Positions 37,872 through 47,046 of a DNA stretch of 62,785 nucleotides are shown here, piece by piece (within the stretch, counting starts at the first letter, position 1; every line of letters begins with the position of its first letter). The notes beneath the pieces were generated by a model. It ran no database searches. It was not told the DNA's origin and was given only the letters and a program-made list of their open reading frames with translations. The translations under genes and the position numbers were made by a program. The stretch is from NCBI GenBank assembly GCA_910587535.1, contig CAJUKM010000002.1, positions 1 to 62,785 on the forward strand, written 5' to 3'. The DNA comes from an uncultured Bacilli bacterium (GTDB lineage: Bacteria > Bacillota_I > Bacilli_A > RF39 > UBA660).

Positions 37872-37898
37872 AGCAAAGTTTGTTCTTTGCTTTTTTTC
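37871..37898 (+). terminator. rho-independent terminator after the pilin
   Basis: Stem agcaaag (37872-37878) / ctttgct (37885-37891), followed by T7. Confidence 0.65.
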
Positions 37899-37933
37899 TT
37901 GGTTTAATGTATAATTTTTTAAAGGTGGTAAAT

Positions 37934-38851
37934 ATGAAAATAGGATGTCACGTCAGTTTTGGAAAAGAGCAGTTGCTTGGAAGTGTCAAAGAGGCAGTAA
38001 GTTATGGTGCTAATGCGTTCATGTTTTATACAGGCGCGCCCCAAAACACGATGAGAAGTGCGATTGACGATTTTAAAACGATCGAGGCATATAACATGAT
38101 GAAGGAAAACGGAATAAGACTTATCGATGTCGTATGTCACGCTCCTTACATAGTAAATCTTGCTAACAACAAGGATTTGGAAAAATATCGATTCGGTATA
38201 GACTTTCTAATCCAAGAGATAGAACGCTGTTCACTTCTCGGAGTTAAATATTTAGTTTTACATCCTGGAAGTGCAGTGGGATTAGATAGAATGGATGCCC
38301 TAAAAAACATCATCTATGCACTCAACATTGTATTAGAAAGAGATGAGAATATCGTCGTTTTACTCGAAACTATGGCTGGGAAAGGTACCGAATTAGGTAC
38401 CAATATAGAAGAGATAAAAACTATCATTGATGGAGTCAATAAAAAAGAACTCATAGGAGTGTGTCTAGACACCTGTCATCTAAACGACAGTGGAGTCGAT
38501 ATCTCTAAATTCGACGATTATCTAGACGAGTTCGACGAAAAAATCGGACTAGATAGAATCAAAGTTCTACACTTAAACGACTCAAAAAACGGATTAGGTT
38601 CTAGAAAAGATAGACACGAACTGATAGGGTATGGAACAATAGGGTTCAATAATCTTTTAAATGTCGTTTTGAACGAACGTCTAAGTGATGTTCCTAAGAT
38701 CTTAGAAACTCCTTATATAGGGAATAACGACGAAGATAAAGAGAGACTCTATCCACCGTATAAATTCGAAATATCTATGTTAAAAAGCAGAGTATTCGAC
38801 GAAAATTTGAAAGAAAAGATAAGAGATTTTTATGAAAAAAAGGATAAATAA
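37934..38851 (+). CDS. nfo: deoxyribonuclease IV (endonuclease IV)
   Basis: MKIGCHVS..., ...LVLHPGS..., ...CLDTCHLNDSG..., ...LHLNDSKN..GSRKDRHE. ATG 37934 with RBS aaaggtgg and extended -10 tgtataat (37908-37915). Confidence 0.9.
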   Translation: MKIGCHVSFGKEQLLGSVKEAVSYGANAFMFYTGAPQNTMRSAIDDFKTIEAYNMMKENGIRLIDVVCHAPYIVNLANNKDLEKYRFGIDFLIQEIERCSLLGVKYLVLHPGSAVGLDRMDALKNIIYALNIVLERDENIVVLLETMAGKGTELGTNIEEIKTIIDGVNKKELIGVCLDTCHLNDSGVDISKFDDYLDEFDEKIGLDRIKVLHLNDSKNGLGSRKDRHELIGYGTIGFNNLLNVVLNERLSDVPKILETPYIGNNDEDKERLYPPYKFEISMLKSRVFDENLKEKIRDFYEKKDK

Positions 38852-39533
38852 TTTTTTAGGAGTAATAGGAGGATTAGGGCCTCTTGCAAGTTCCTATTTT
38901 TATGAACTATTAATCGAGAAAACTGATGTTCAAAAGGATCAAGATCATATCAATGCGATCATTTTAAACCATGCAAGCGTTCCCGATCGCACGGCTTTTA
39001 TCTTGGGCGAGTCTACGGTTGATCCTTATCAAGAATTAGAAAGCGATGTCAAAATGCTAGAAGAATTGGGGGCAAAGGCTATTCTGATCACTTGTAATAC
39101 AGCCCATTTTTTCTATGATAGACTATCATCTATCACAAGTGTTCCAATATTTAATATGATCGAAGATACTTGTATCGAACTCAAAAAAAGAAATATTAGA
39201 GTAGCCGCATTACTCGCGACTAAAGGGACTCTAAAATCTAATCTGTATCAAGAATACCTAGAAAAACACGGACTCGAGTGTATTACTCCCGATGAAGAGA
39301 TACAGGATAAAATAATGGATATCATCTATCACTATATCAAAGCAGGCAAAGCGGTAGATAGGAATCTTTTTAATGAGGTAATAGGATCTTTTGGAGAAAT
39401 AGATGCCTTTATTTTGGGATGTACAGAGTTGTCTTTACTAAAAAGAGAATTCTCTTTAGATGAGATATTTGTAGATCCCCTAGAAGTAGAAGTCAAAAAG
39501 ACGATTGAATTTTTCGGTAGGAAAGAAAAATAG
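38832..39533 (+). CDS. aspartate/glutamate racemase family protein (aspartate racemase-like)
   Basis: GVIGGLGPLAS, ITCNTAHFF and ILGCTELSL (two catalytic Cys motifs). Confidence 0.8.
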   Translation: MKKRINNFLGVIGGLGPLASSYFYELLIEKTDVQKDQDHINAIILNHASVPDRTAFILGESTVDPYQELESDVKMLEELGAKAILITCNTAHFFYDRLSSITSVPIFNMIEDTCIELKKRNIRVAALLATKGTLKSNLYQEYLEKHGLECITPDEEIQDKIMDIIYHYIKAGKAVDRNLFNEVIGSFGEIDAFILGCTELSLLKREFSLDEIFVDPLEVEVKKTIEFFGRKEK

Positions 39534-39557
39534 TGACTGTTTCGACATTCATTATTC

Positions 39558-39586
39558 TTGCAATAATCTTAGAGAAATGATAAAAT
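39558..39586 (+). promoter_or_regulatory. promoter for paralog 3
   Basis: TTGCAA (39558-39563), 17 nt, TAAAAT (39581-39586). Confidence 0.55.
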
Positions 39587-39614
39587 TTATTTAGCATAGT
39601 AAGGGATGATATTG

Positions 39615-41213
39615 ATGGACGGAAATAAGAAAAAGAAGGGATTATTAAGCTCTTTTGAACGAAAACTTGTACTCATGATTTTGATCACTATCGTGATAAG
39701 TGGCGCAACGACATACGGTTTTTTCTATTCTGTTAAAACTCAGAGTGGAGAAAACACCTTAAATACTTCTTGTTTCGACGTATCTTTCGAAGAAGGAAAT
39801 TCGATTAGGTTGGCAAACGCGATATCGATGAGCGATGCCAGTGGGCAAAAGGTAAGCCCTTATACATTTACCATGCAAAATACATGTGATACAGAGGCAA
39901 ATTATTATGTCATTTTGAGCTCAAAAATCGGTTCTTTTTCGAGCAATTTTATAAATATATCTTTGAATAAAGAAAATATCAGCACCCTTTCTAATAATAA
40001 ACAAAACAATGTCGTACCAGTCGACGACGGATATGGAGACTCGTATATCATCTCTAGTGGCTCTCTTAAAAAAGATGAGACCATAACACTCGATTTGCGT
40101 GTTTGGGTAAACTCCACTACAACTTATGAAGATGTAGCTGGAAAGACTTGGGAAGGCCAAGTAAGAGTTATCAATACAGTTAAAGCAGTCGATGATCAAA
40201 AAAATAAAGGTTTTGTCCCTAAAGCAGTTGACGCCATCCTAAGCGGCAACCCTGTAGAAGGAATAAATGAAGGAACACCAATTTTTGCGGATCCTGCAAC
40301 AACCGATGAAGGCGTATATGCAATGGAAGATGACTATGGAATGAGTTATTACTATCGAGGCGCAGTGACAAATAACTATGTTAAATTCGCAGGATTCTAC
40401 TGGAGAATAATCAGAATAAACGGAGATGGAAGCCTAAGAATTATCTTTGATGGAACGCAAGGATATGCGAATGGAGTATCAAATACAGGAAGACTAGCAT
40501 ATACAAAAAAAGCATTCAATGCACAAAATAATGATGCAAAATATGTCGGTTGGATGTTTGGAGGAGCACAAGGAGAAGCAAGTACATCAAAAGTACAGGC
40601 ACAAACAAATACGACAAATTCAGACTTAAAGACATTAGTAGATTCATGGTATAAGACAAACATAGTAGATAAGAATTTAGGAGACAAGGTAGCCGATGTA
40701 GGATTCTGTAACGATAGAACAACACCAGGAACGGCAGAGACAGGAAATATTGCTGATACAGGCTTAGGATATGGAAGTCAATATACAGCATACGGAGCAA
40801 CAGCGAGGACGAATGTATGGAATACAGATGCAAGTAAAGTACAACCTAGGTTCACATGTCCACAAAAGAATGATGCATTCACAGTGAGTGATGAGGAATT
40901 AGGAAACGGGGACTTAACATATCCAGTAGGACTAATAACAGCAGATGAAATAGTCGCAGCAGGAAGCGGAAAGTATAATACAGGTAGTACAGCAAACTCA
41001 AGTTATTACCTATATAAAGGATCATTTTATTGGTCGCTCTCGCCTTTCTATTTTGCTGTTGGTAGTGCTCATGTGTTCTATGAGAATGGTGAACTCTACA
41101 ATACGTATATCGATTATACCAACGGCGCGGTCGCTCCAGTTATCAACCTAAAGCCAGAATACGCTATTACATTAAAAGGTACAGGAACAATGGAAGACCC
41201 TTACACTGAGTAA
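39615..41213 (+). CDS. secreted protein, paralog 3 (divergent N-domain, conserved C-domain)
   Basis: Signal ...ISGATTYGFFYSV. The N-domain is unlike paralogs 1, 2 and 4 (it contains CFDVSF...QNTCD). From TTDEGVYAMEDDYGMSYYYRGAV onward it is about 85-90% nt-identical to paralog 1 in places. Confidence 0.8.
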   Translation: MDGNKKKKGLLSSFERKLVLMILITIVISGATTYGFFYSVKTQSGENTLNTSCFDVSFEEGNSIRLANAISMSDASGQKVSPYTFTMQNTCDTEANYYVILSSKIGSFSSNFINISLNKENISTLSNNKQNNVVPVDDGYGDSYIISSGSLKKDETITLDLRVWVNSTTTYEDVAGKTWEGQVRVINTVKAVDDQKNKGFVPKAVDAILSGNPVEGINEGTPIFADPATTDEGVYAMEDDYGMSYYYRGAVTNNYVKFAGFYWRIIRINGDGSLRIIFDGTQGYANGVSNTGRLAYTKKAFNAQNNDAKYVGWMFGGAQGEASTSKVQAQTNTTNSDLKTLVDSWYKTNIVDKNLGDKVADVGFCNDRTTPGTAETGNIADTGLGYGSQYTAYGATARTNVWNTDASKVQPRFTCPQKNDAFTVSDEELGNGDLTYPVGLITADEIVAAGSGKYNTGSTANSSYYLYKGSFYWSLSPFYFAVGSAHVFYENGELYNTYIDYTNGAVAPVINLKPEYAITLKGTGTMEDPYTE

Positions 41214-41284
41214 GATATCGAAAAATAATTAAAAATTGGAATTTTATTTGAATCTTTGCCCACAATAAAAATGGTGAAAGATAT

Positions 41285-41473
41285 ATGATTAGAAACATTA
41301 ATGCCAATTTAAAAAGTGTAGCGGTAGATCCGAGTGACGATTTTAGAAAATTGAACGATCTCAACAATCCTTATTGCTATAATTTTGGACGAGCTAAAAG
41401 AGAACATTCACATAGCTGTGATTTCCAGAAGTTACATAATAGAGTCAATTTTGACTATTTTAACAAAAGATAG
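41285..41473 (+). CDS. hypothetical small protein (62 aa, 3 Cys)
   Basis: RBS ggtga 8 nt upstream. A strong terminator follows immediately. No homology recognised, so coding status is uncertain. Confidence 0.3.
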   Translation: MIRNINANLKSVAVDPSDDFRKLNDLNNPYCYNFGRAKREHSHSCDFQKLHNRVNFDYFNKR

Positions 41474-41487
41474 TTAAAGTGCTCTTA

Positions 41488-41513
41488 GGACGTTTACAAA
41501 ACGTCTTTTTTTA
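41488..41513 (+). terminator. rho-independent terminator
   Basis: Stem gacgttt (41489-41495) / aaacgtc (41499-41505), followed by T7. Confidence 0.6.
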
Positions 41514-41540
41514 TTTAAAATAATGTTAGAGGTGATGTAA

Positions 41541-41822
41541 ATGTTAAATTCTAAAAAATTGTTCGAACTCATGCAGGAAAAGGAGATAAAAAATATGTAT
41601 GTGCTTTCAAAACAGACAAAAATACCTTATTCTACTTTGAGTTATATGATATCAGGACACGACATGTATGTGGGAACTTTAATAGAATTATCCAGATTTT
41701 TCAATGTACCGATAGATCATCTGATAAGTAAATCTTATGGCATCGCGACATATAGTGAAAACGGCATTATCTTTAACGATACGTCAAGCTTTGTCGAGGC
41801 TGCTGTGTCAAGTTGGATGTAA
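41541..41822 (+). CDS. XRE-family helix-turn-helix protein
   Basis: ...YVLSKQTKIPYSTLSYMISGHDMYVGTLIELSRFFNVPIDHLI (HTH_3-like). Strong RBS agaggtga. Confidence 0.7.
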   Translation: MLNSKKLFELMQEKEIKNMYVLSKQTKIPYSTLSYMISGHDMYVGTLIELSRFFNVPIDHLISKSYGIATYSENGIIFNDTSSFVEAAVSSWM

Positions 41823-41827
41823 GTTGT

Positions 41828-41857
41828 TTGCAAAGTAATTGTAGAGTGTGCTATAAT
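41828..41857 (+). promoter_or_regulatory. promoter (extended -10) for the 41905-43735 operon
   Basis: TTGCAA (41828-41833), 18 nt, TGcTATAAT (41849-41857). Confidence 0.5.
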
Positions 41858-41904
41858 ACGTTTACATAGAAAGCACACGTGCTTTTAGTTAAGGAAGAGG
41901 TAAT

Positions 41905-42414
41905 ATGGAAAAATTGGTCTTAACTATAGGGGGATTATTCAAATCTTTTAGTTGGGGTGATCTGTTCTTCTTTGGAGTCACTTTGTTCTTAATAGTGTTT
42001 TTGATTTACATAATCTACATGGTAAAGTTAGAGGATGAGAACTTTATCGAGGAGAAGAAAAAAGATAGTAGCGTTAAAAATGTAGAAAATAAGAGTAAGC
42101 CTCTATCTAAGATAGTCGACGAATTAGAACTCAACTATAAGCCTAAACCGATAGATCTTACCGAGTATGAAAAAGAACTAGAAAATACTGCTATCATAAG
42201 CTATAAAGAGCTTCTGGAGAGAGCTAATAACAACATATATTACGACGACGAGTACGAAAGCGGTTTTGACGACTTGATAGTCCAGAAAGTCGACAGTCGA
42301 GAGAGCAATACGCAAGAATTTGTAGATTTACCTAAGGCTGTGATGATGGATTATGAAAGCGAAGAAGAGTTCTTAAGGGCACTTAAAGTTTTACAAAAAA
42401 ACCTAGTTAGATGA
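41905..42414 (+). CDS. hypothetical membrane-anchored acidic protein
   Basis: One N-terminal TM segment, then an acidic soluble region. RBS aggaagagg. Immediately upstream of mtaB. Confidence 0.6.
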   Translation: MEKLVLTIGGLFKSFSWGDLFFFGVTLFLIVFLIYIIYMVKLEDENFIEEKKKDSSVKNVENKSKPLSKIVDELELNYKPKPIDLTEYEKELENTAIISYKELLERANNNIYYDDEYESGFDDLIVQKVDSRESNTQEFVDLPKAVMMDYESEEEFLRALKVLQKNLVR

Positions 42415-42445
42415 TTCTAACTTTTTTTCTTAGAGGGAGGTTTAA

Positions 42446-43735
42446 ATGAAGTTTTGTGTAATTACCTTAGGGTGTAAAGTAAACAGTTATGAAAGCGATT
42501 TTATCAAAGAAAAATTTAGAGAGAGTGGATATGTCCAATGTAACTTGGATCAAGTACCAGACGTAGTCATCGTCAATACGTGTAGTGTCACTAATCAGAG
42601 TGATGCGAAGAGCAGGCAAATGATAAGACACGCTAGAAAAGCGAATGAAGAGGCAATAGTCGTAGTATGCGGTTGCAGTGCGCAGAACCATCAAGAGTCT
42701 TTATTGGAGCTCGGCGTAGATATTCTAATCGGCAATAAAGATAAGTCTAAGATCGTCGAGTTGGTCGAGGAATTCAAGAAGAAAAGAGTTAGATATCACA
42801 AGTTCTACGACATGAGTGATGAAGTGTTCGAGGACATGATGCTCAACAGTAGAGAAGATAAGACTAGAGCATTCGTAAAAATTCAAGATGGGTGTGACAA
42901 CTTCTGCTCTTACTGTATCATTCCATATTTGAGAGGAAACATACGAAGTAAAGATATAGACGTTGCCGTGGAGGAAATCCACGACTTGGTCGAAATGGGA
43001 CATAAAGAAATAGTCTTGACGGGAATACATACTGGATCGTATAGTCGAGGAAAAGATTACGATCTAGTCGACTTGATAAGAAGAATAAGCTCCTTCGATA
43101 AGTTAGAACGCATCAGAATTTCTAGTATCGAGATTACAGAATTAGACGATAAATTCTTGGAAGAGTTGAAAATGAACCCTAAGATCTGTGATCACTTACA
43201 CGTACCATTACAGTCCGGAAGTGATGAAGTATTAAAGTTTATGAACAGAAAATATACTACTTCAGAATACTCCGATAAGATAGATAAAATCAGAGAGATT
43301 AGACCAAATATAAGTATTACTACAGATCTAATCGTCGGTTTTCCTCACGAAAGTGATGAACGTTTTCTTGAGACTTATTCTTTCTTGAAGAAAGTACATT
43401 TTACTAAGATCCATACGTTCCCATTTTCTCTTAGAAATAAGACGAAGGCAGAAGAGATGAAAGAATACTTCGTCTCTGAAATAGTCAAAAAAGAACGAGT
43501 TAGAAAAGTATTAGAACTTTCTTTAGAACTAGAGCACGATTATTATCAGAAATTTATAGGAGATAGATTATCGATAATCGTAGAAAGTAGTAAAGATGGA
43601 ATTTCTAGAGGACATACTTCTAACTACATTTTAGTCAATACCGATAGTAAGCTGGAAGAAGGCGAAACAGTCGATGTTTTGATAAAGTCTGTTGACGATA
43701 TCTGTGTAAATGGCACAGTAGAAACTGTTGAATAA
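42446..43735 (+). CDS. mtaB: tRNA t6A37 methylthiotransferase (radical SAM, MtaB type)
   Basis: UPF0004 N-domain Cys (GCKVN...NTCSVT...CGC). Radical SAM CDNFCSYCIIP. C-terminal TRAM domain. 429 aa. Confidence 0.8.
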   Translation: MKFCVITLGCKVNSYESDFIKEKFRESGYVQCNLDQVPDVVIVNTCSVTNQSDAKSRQMIRHARKANEEAIVVVCGCSAQNHQESLLELGVDILIGNKDKSKIVELVEEFKKKRVRYHKFYDMSDEVFEDMMLNSREDKTRAFVKIQDGCDNFCSYCIIPYLRGNIRSKDIDVAVEEIHDLVEMGHKEIVLTGIHTGSYSRGKDYDLVDLIRRISSFDKLERIRISSIEITELDDKFLEELKMNPKICDHLHVPLQSGSDEVLKFMNRKYTTSEYSDKIDKIREIRPNISITTDLIVGFPHESDERFLETYSFLKKVHFTKIHTFPFSLRNKTKAEEMKEYFVSEIVKKERVRKVLELSLELEHDYYQKFIGDRLSIIVESSKDGISRGHTSNYILVNTDSKLEEGETVDVLIKSVDDICVNGTVETVE

Positions 43736-43773
43736 TTCGAGGAATAATTTTATACTAATAATAGGTGATTGCG

Positions 43774-44601
43774 ATGGGAGATAGACAGAGTAGGTTTTTT
43801 GAAGGGACATATACTTCTAACGATAATAAAAAATATAAGGTCAAAATATCTTTAAATTATACTCGTCTTTTAGCGCTTGCTCTAAGTCTCGTACTAGTTA
43901 GAGGCGGTCTATCTAAATTGAGCAATATGCAAAATGCTCTTATGTTAGATAATGCCAGTATAAGTGCATCTTTTGAAACGGAATCTAAAAAACTTATCGA
44001 ACAAATCATCGCGAATAAAAAGAACATATTCGAAGAGGAAGTTTTACAGACATATGCAGTGAAGGACGGAGATACTCTTGAGTCTATAAGTTTGAATCAT
44101 GGATGTAGTGTACAGAGACTCAACGAATTAAACGGAGTTCCTGCCGGTACAGCTTTATCTGGTGGAAGTACGATAACCGTAGAATCTAAACGCGAAAAAA
44201 GTCCTCTAGATAAGAGTATAGCTTTGTTAGAAAGCTATTTCTATGACTACATGTTCAACTCTCCTGCAGCAGAACTAGCGAAAAATCCCGAGTCTAAGGG
44301 TTCATCTCTTTATAAACTTTTGATATATGGCGAACCTAAGTCTGATGCAGATATAGATCCAAACAGTATATACGGTACTTATGTCGGATTCTACCTCAAA
44401 TTTCATGAGTTAGATAATCCTACTGATGAAGCGAAAACGGCATATGTCGATTCTCTCATGATGTTAGCTCGCGATGCAGAACATAAATTGAATATCGGTA
44501 GCAAGAATAGCATAGTTTACTCATTCGAGAGTTATGCCGACTTTATGAAAAGAGGAACTACCGAAGCCGTCAGAGTACAAGTGATCGGTCAAACCATATA
44601 G
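43774..44601 (+). CDS. LysM domain-containing membrane-anchored protein
   Basis: TM segment LLALALSLVLV. LysM YAVKDGDTLESISLNHGCSVQRLNELNGV. ATG 43774 follows aggtga. Confidence 0.7.
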   Translation: MGDRQSRFFEGTYTSNDNKKYKVKISLNYTRLLALALSLVLVRGGLSKLSNMQNALMLDNASISASFETESKKLIEQIIANKKNIFEEEVLQTYAVKDGDTLESISLNHGCSVQRLNELNGVPAGTALSGGSTITVESKREKSPLDKSIALLESYFYDYMFNSPAAELAKNPESKGSSLYKLLIYGEPKSDADIDPNSIYGTYVGFYLKFHELDNPTDEAKTAYVDSLMMLARDAEHKLNIGSKNSIVYSFESYADFMKRGTTEAVRVQVIGQTI

Positions 44602-44657
44602 ATAGCTTTCTTTAAAGCTTTTTTTGTGGTAAAATGCTTTTGAAAGGATTGGACGAC

Positions 44658-46847
44658 ATGGATTACATAAAAGGAAAATTCAAAAAAACGATATATGAAG
44701 CGTCTTCTGGAAACGGGTATAAAGTCGGACTATTCAGAGTTAAAGAAGCAAGTGAAAACTTAAAAGAAGAACTCTGCAATCATACAGTCACTTTTACTGG
44801 GTATTTCTACGACCTAGTATTAGAGGAAAACTATTTATTTCACGGCACATATGTCGAAAACGGGAAATATGGCTATCAATTCCAAGTTGCGTCTTATGAA
44901 CACGTCCAACCCGAAGGTAAAGACGCAGTAATCGATTTTTTGTCGTCTAGTCTCGTAAAGGGATGCGGCGAGAAGACGGCAATAGAGATAGTTAATACAC
45001 TCGGAGATAACGCATTAGAGAAAATAAAAGAAGATAAGAATTCATTATTATTGGTGCCAAAGATGACCGAAAAAAAGATGGAGAGCATATATAATTCGGT
45101 AATAAAATATCAAAGTAGTGACGAGTTAATCATTTATCTAAATAAACTCGGGTTCTCGATGAGGGAATCTATGAATCTTTTAAACGTCTACGGAGTAGGA
45201 ATTAAAAATGTCGTTCAAGATAACGTCTATAGTTTGATAAACGAAGTCGATTTTAAGACTCTCGATAAAGTTTTTTTCAGTCTAAACGATGAAACCGATA
45301 AGAACAGAATCGAAGCTTGTATAATCGAATCTATGAAAGAGTTGTCTTTTGAAGCAGGAGATACATTCTCTTACAAAGAGGAGATAAGAGAGCGTCTTTC
45401 TAAATTCGACGTAGTCCTATCGGAAGAAGAGTTCGACCTATATGTCGATGCATTAAAAGAGAGACGAGAGATTAAAGTTTTAGGCGATATGTACTTTCTA
45501 TATGGGTATTATAAGATGGAAAACGATATCGCGAACTCTCTATTCGAGATCAGTTCTAGAACTTTAGAAAAATTTTCTGACTTAGAGAGTAGCTTAGAAA
45601 AGTTTAGTAAGTCACACGATATCGTCTATAATGAAGATCAAAAACGTGCGATTCTTACCGCTTTAAAAGAAAACATCACCATCATAACGGGTGGACCAGG
45701 AACTGGTAAGACGACTATAGTAAGAGCTATAGCAGGACTTTATATAGATACTCATGCGATAAGCGAGAAGGCTGCACTCGAAGAAATAGCGCTTCTTGCT
45801 CCTACCGGAAGAGCAGCGAAGAGACTATCGGATCTAACCGGTCTTCCTGCCATGACGATACACAGATATCTGAAGTGGGATAAGGGAAACGGAAAGTTCG
45901 AGTATAACGAATATAATAAACATTACGAAAAACTGATAATCGTCGATGAGACGAGTATGATCGATACAGAACTATTCGATGCCTTATTGAAGGGAATAAA
46001 CCATACGGTTAGGTTAGTAATCGTCGGAGATGACAATCAGCTTCCGAGTGTCGGTCCAGGACTGATTCTAACCGATTTGATAACCAGTGAACTATTTAAC
46101 CATACTCCTTTAAAAGAGATATATAGACAGAGTACAGGATCTAGTATTCCATATCTGTGTCTAAATATCAAAGATCACGATTTAAACGAGGAATCTATAT
46201 CTAGGAAAGAAGATTTTTCCTTTCTAAATGTCGATGTGCACATGGTAAAAGATACCATCAAAGAAATCTGTAAAGTGAGCATAAAAAAGGGAATAGATGT
46301 TTCAAATATGCAGATTTTAGCGCCTATGTACAAGGGAGAAAACGGCATAGACAATCTGAACATGATTTTACAAGGTTTATTCAATCCACCGAGCGATGCA
46401 AAGTCTGAAGTGAGGATGGGTGAAGTCATATATAGAGTAGGCGATAAGGTATTACAGCTCATAAACGATCCAGATAATAACATCTATAACGGAGACATCG
46501 GGTATATAACAGAGACCAATGCAGGATCAAAAGATAGAGTTTTAACCGTAAATTTCTACGGCTCAGCAGTATTTTATAAGAGAGAAGATCTGATAAACAT
46601 AAAGCACGCTTATGCGATAACTATCCATAAGAGCCAAGGTAGCGAATTCGATCACGTCATCATGCCTATTACGATGAATTATGGAAGAATGCTCTACAAT
46701 AAACTTCTATATACCGGTATTTCGAGGGCTAAAAAGAGCCTAACTTTGCTCGGCAGTCCACAAGCTTTCTATATGGGCACTAACAACGATTACAGTTTGA
46801 ATAGAAAAACGAATTTAGTAGAAACTTTATTGAATAAAGTGAGATAA
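44658..46847 (+). CDS. recD2: SF1B ATP-dependent RecD-like DNA helicase (RecD2)
   Basis: Walker A ITGGPGTGKTT. Motif II IIVDETSM. ...AITIHKSQGSEF.... N-terminal OB/HhH region typical of RecD2. Confidence 0.9.
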   Translation: MDYIKGKFKKTIYEASSGNGYKVGLFRVKEASENLKEELCNHTVTFTGYFYDLVLEENYLFHGTYVENGKYGYQFQVASYEHVQPEGKDAVIDFLSSSLVKGCGEKTAIEIVNTLGDNALEKIKEDKNSLLLVPKMTEKKMESIYNSVIKYQSSDELIIYLNKLGFSMRESMNLLNVYGVGIKNVVQDNVYSLINEVDFKTLDKVFFSLNDETDKNRIEACIIESMKELSFEAGDTFSYKEEIRERLSKFDVVLSEEEFDLYVDALKERREIKVLGDMYFLYGYYKMENDIANSLFEISSRTLEKFSDLESSLEKFSKSHDIVYNEDQKRAILTALKENITIITGGPGTGKTTIVRAIAGLYIDTHAISEKAALEEIALLAPTGRAAKRLSDLTGLPAMTIHRYLKWDKGNGKFEYNEYNKHYEKLIIVDETSMIDTELFDALLKGINHTVRLVIVGDDNQLPSVGPGLILTDLITSELFNHTPLKEIYRQSTGSSIPYLCLNIKDHDLNEESISRKEDFSFLNVDVHMVKDTIKEICKVSIKKGIDVSNMQILAPMYKGENGIDNLNMILQGLFNPPSDAKSEVRMGEVIYRVGDKVLQLINDPDNNIYNGDIGYITETNAGSKDRVLTVNFYGSAVFYKREDLINIKHAYAITIHKSQGSEFDHVIMPITMNYGRMLYNKLLYTGISRAKKSLTLLGSPQAFYMGTNNDYSLNRKTNLVETLLNKVR

Positions 46848-46884
46848 TCCGTCCATACTAATAGTGAGTAAGGAGAGGACGATT

Positions 46885-47031
46885 ATGAAAAAATCTAAAA
46901 TGGCTATGGCTTCAGTCGCACTTGCTAGTTTAGGACTCGGCTCATTGATGTATTCTTACGTTAAAATGCATCCTATAAAAGCAAAGGCTGTTGCAAAAGA
47001 CATGAAGAATGTAATGAAGGACTTAAAATAA
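46885..47031 (+). CDS. small membrane peptide (48 aa), absent from the ORF track
   Basis: ATG 46885 preceded by aaggagagg. Sequence MKKSKMAMASVALASLGLGSLMYSYVKMHPIKAKAVAKDMKNVMKDLK, stop TAA 47029-47031. Confidence 0.5.
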   Translation: MKKSKMAMASVALASLGLGSLMYSYVKMHPIKAKAVAKDMKNVMKDLK

Positions 47032-47046
47032 GTCTTTTTTTAAGAT

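Noticed and set aside
10916-43735. tcdA (ct6A formation) and mtaB (ms2t6A formation) as a linked t6A-modification 'system'
   Set aside because: They are 31 kb apart, sit in separate transcription units and are separated by unrelated genes. Co-presence in the window looks coincidental.
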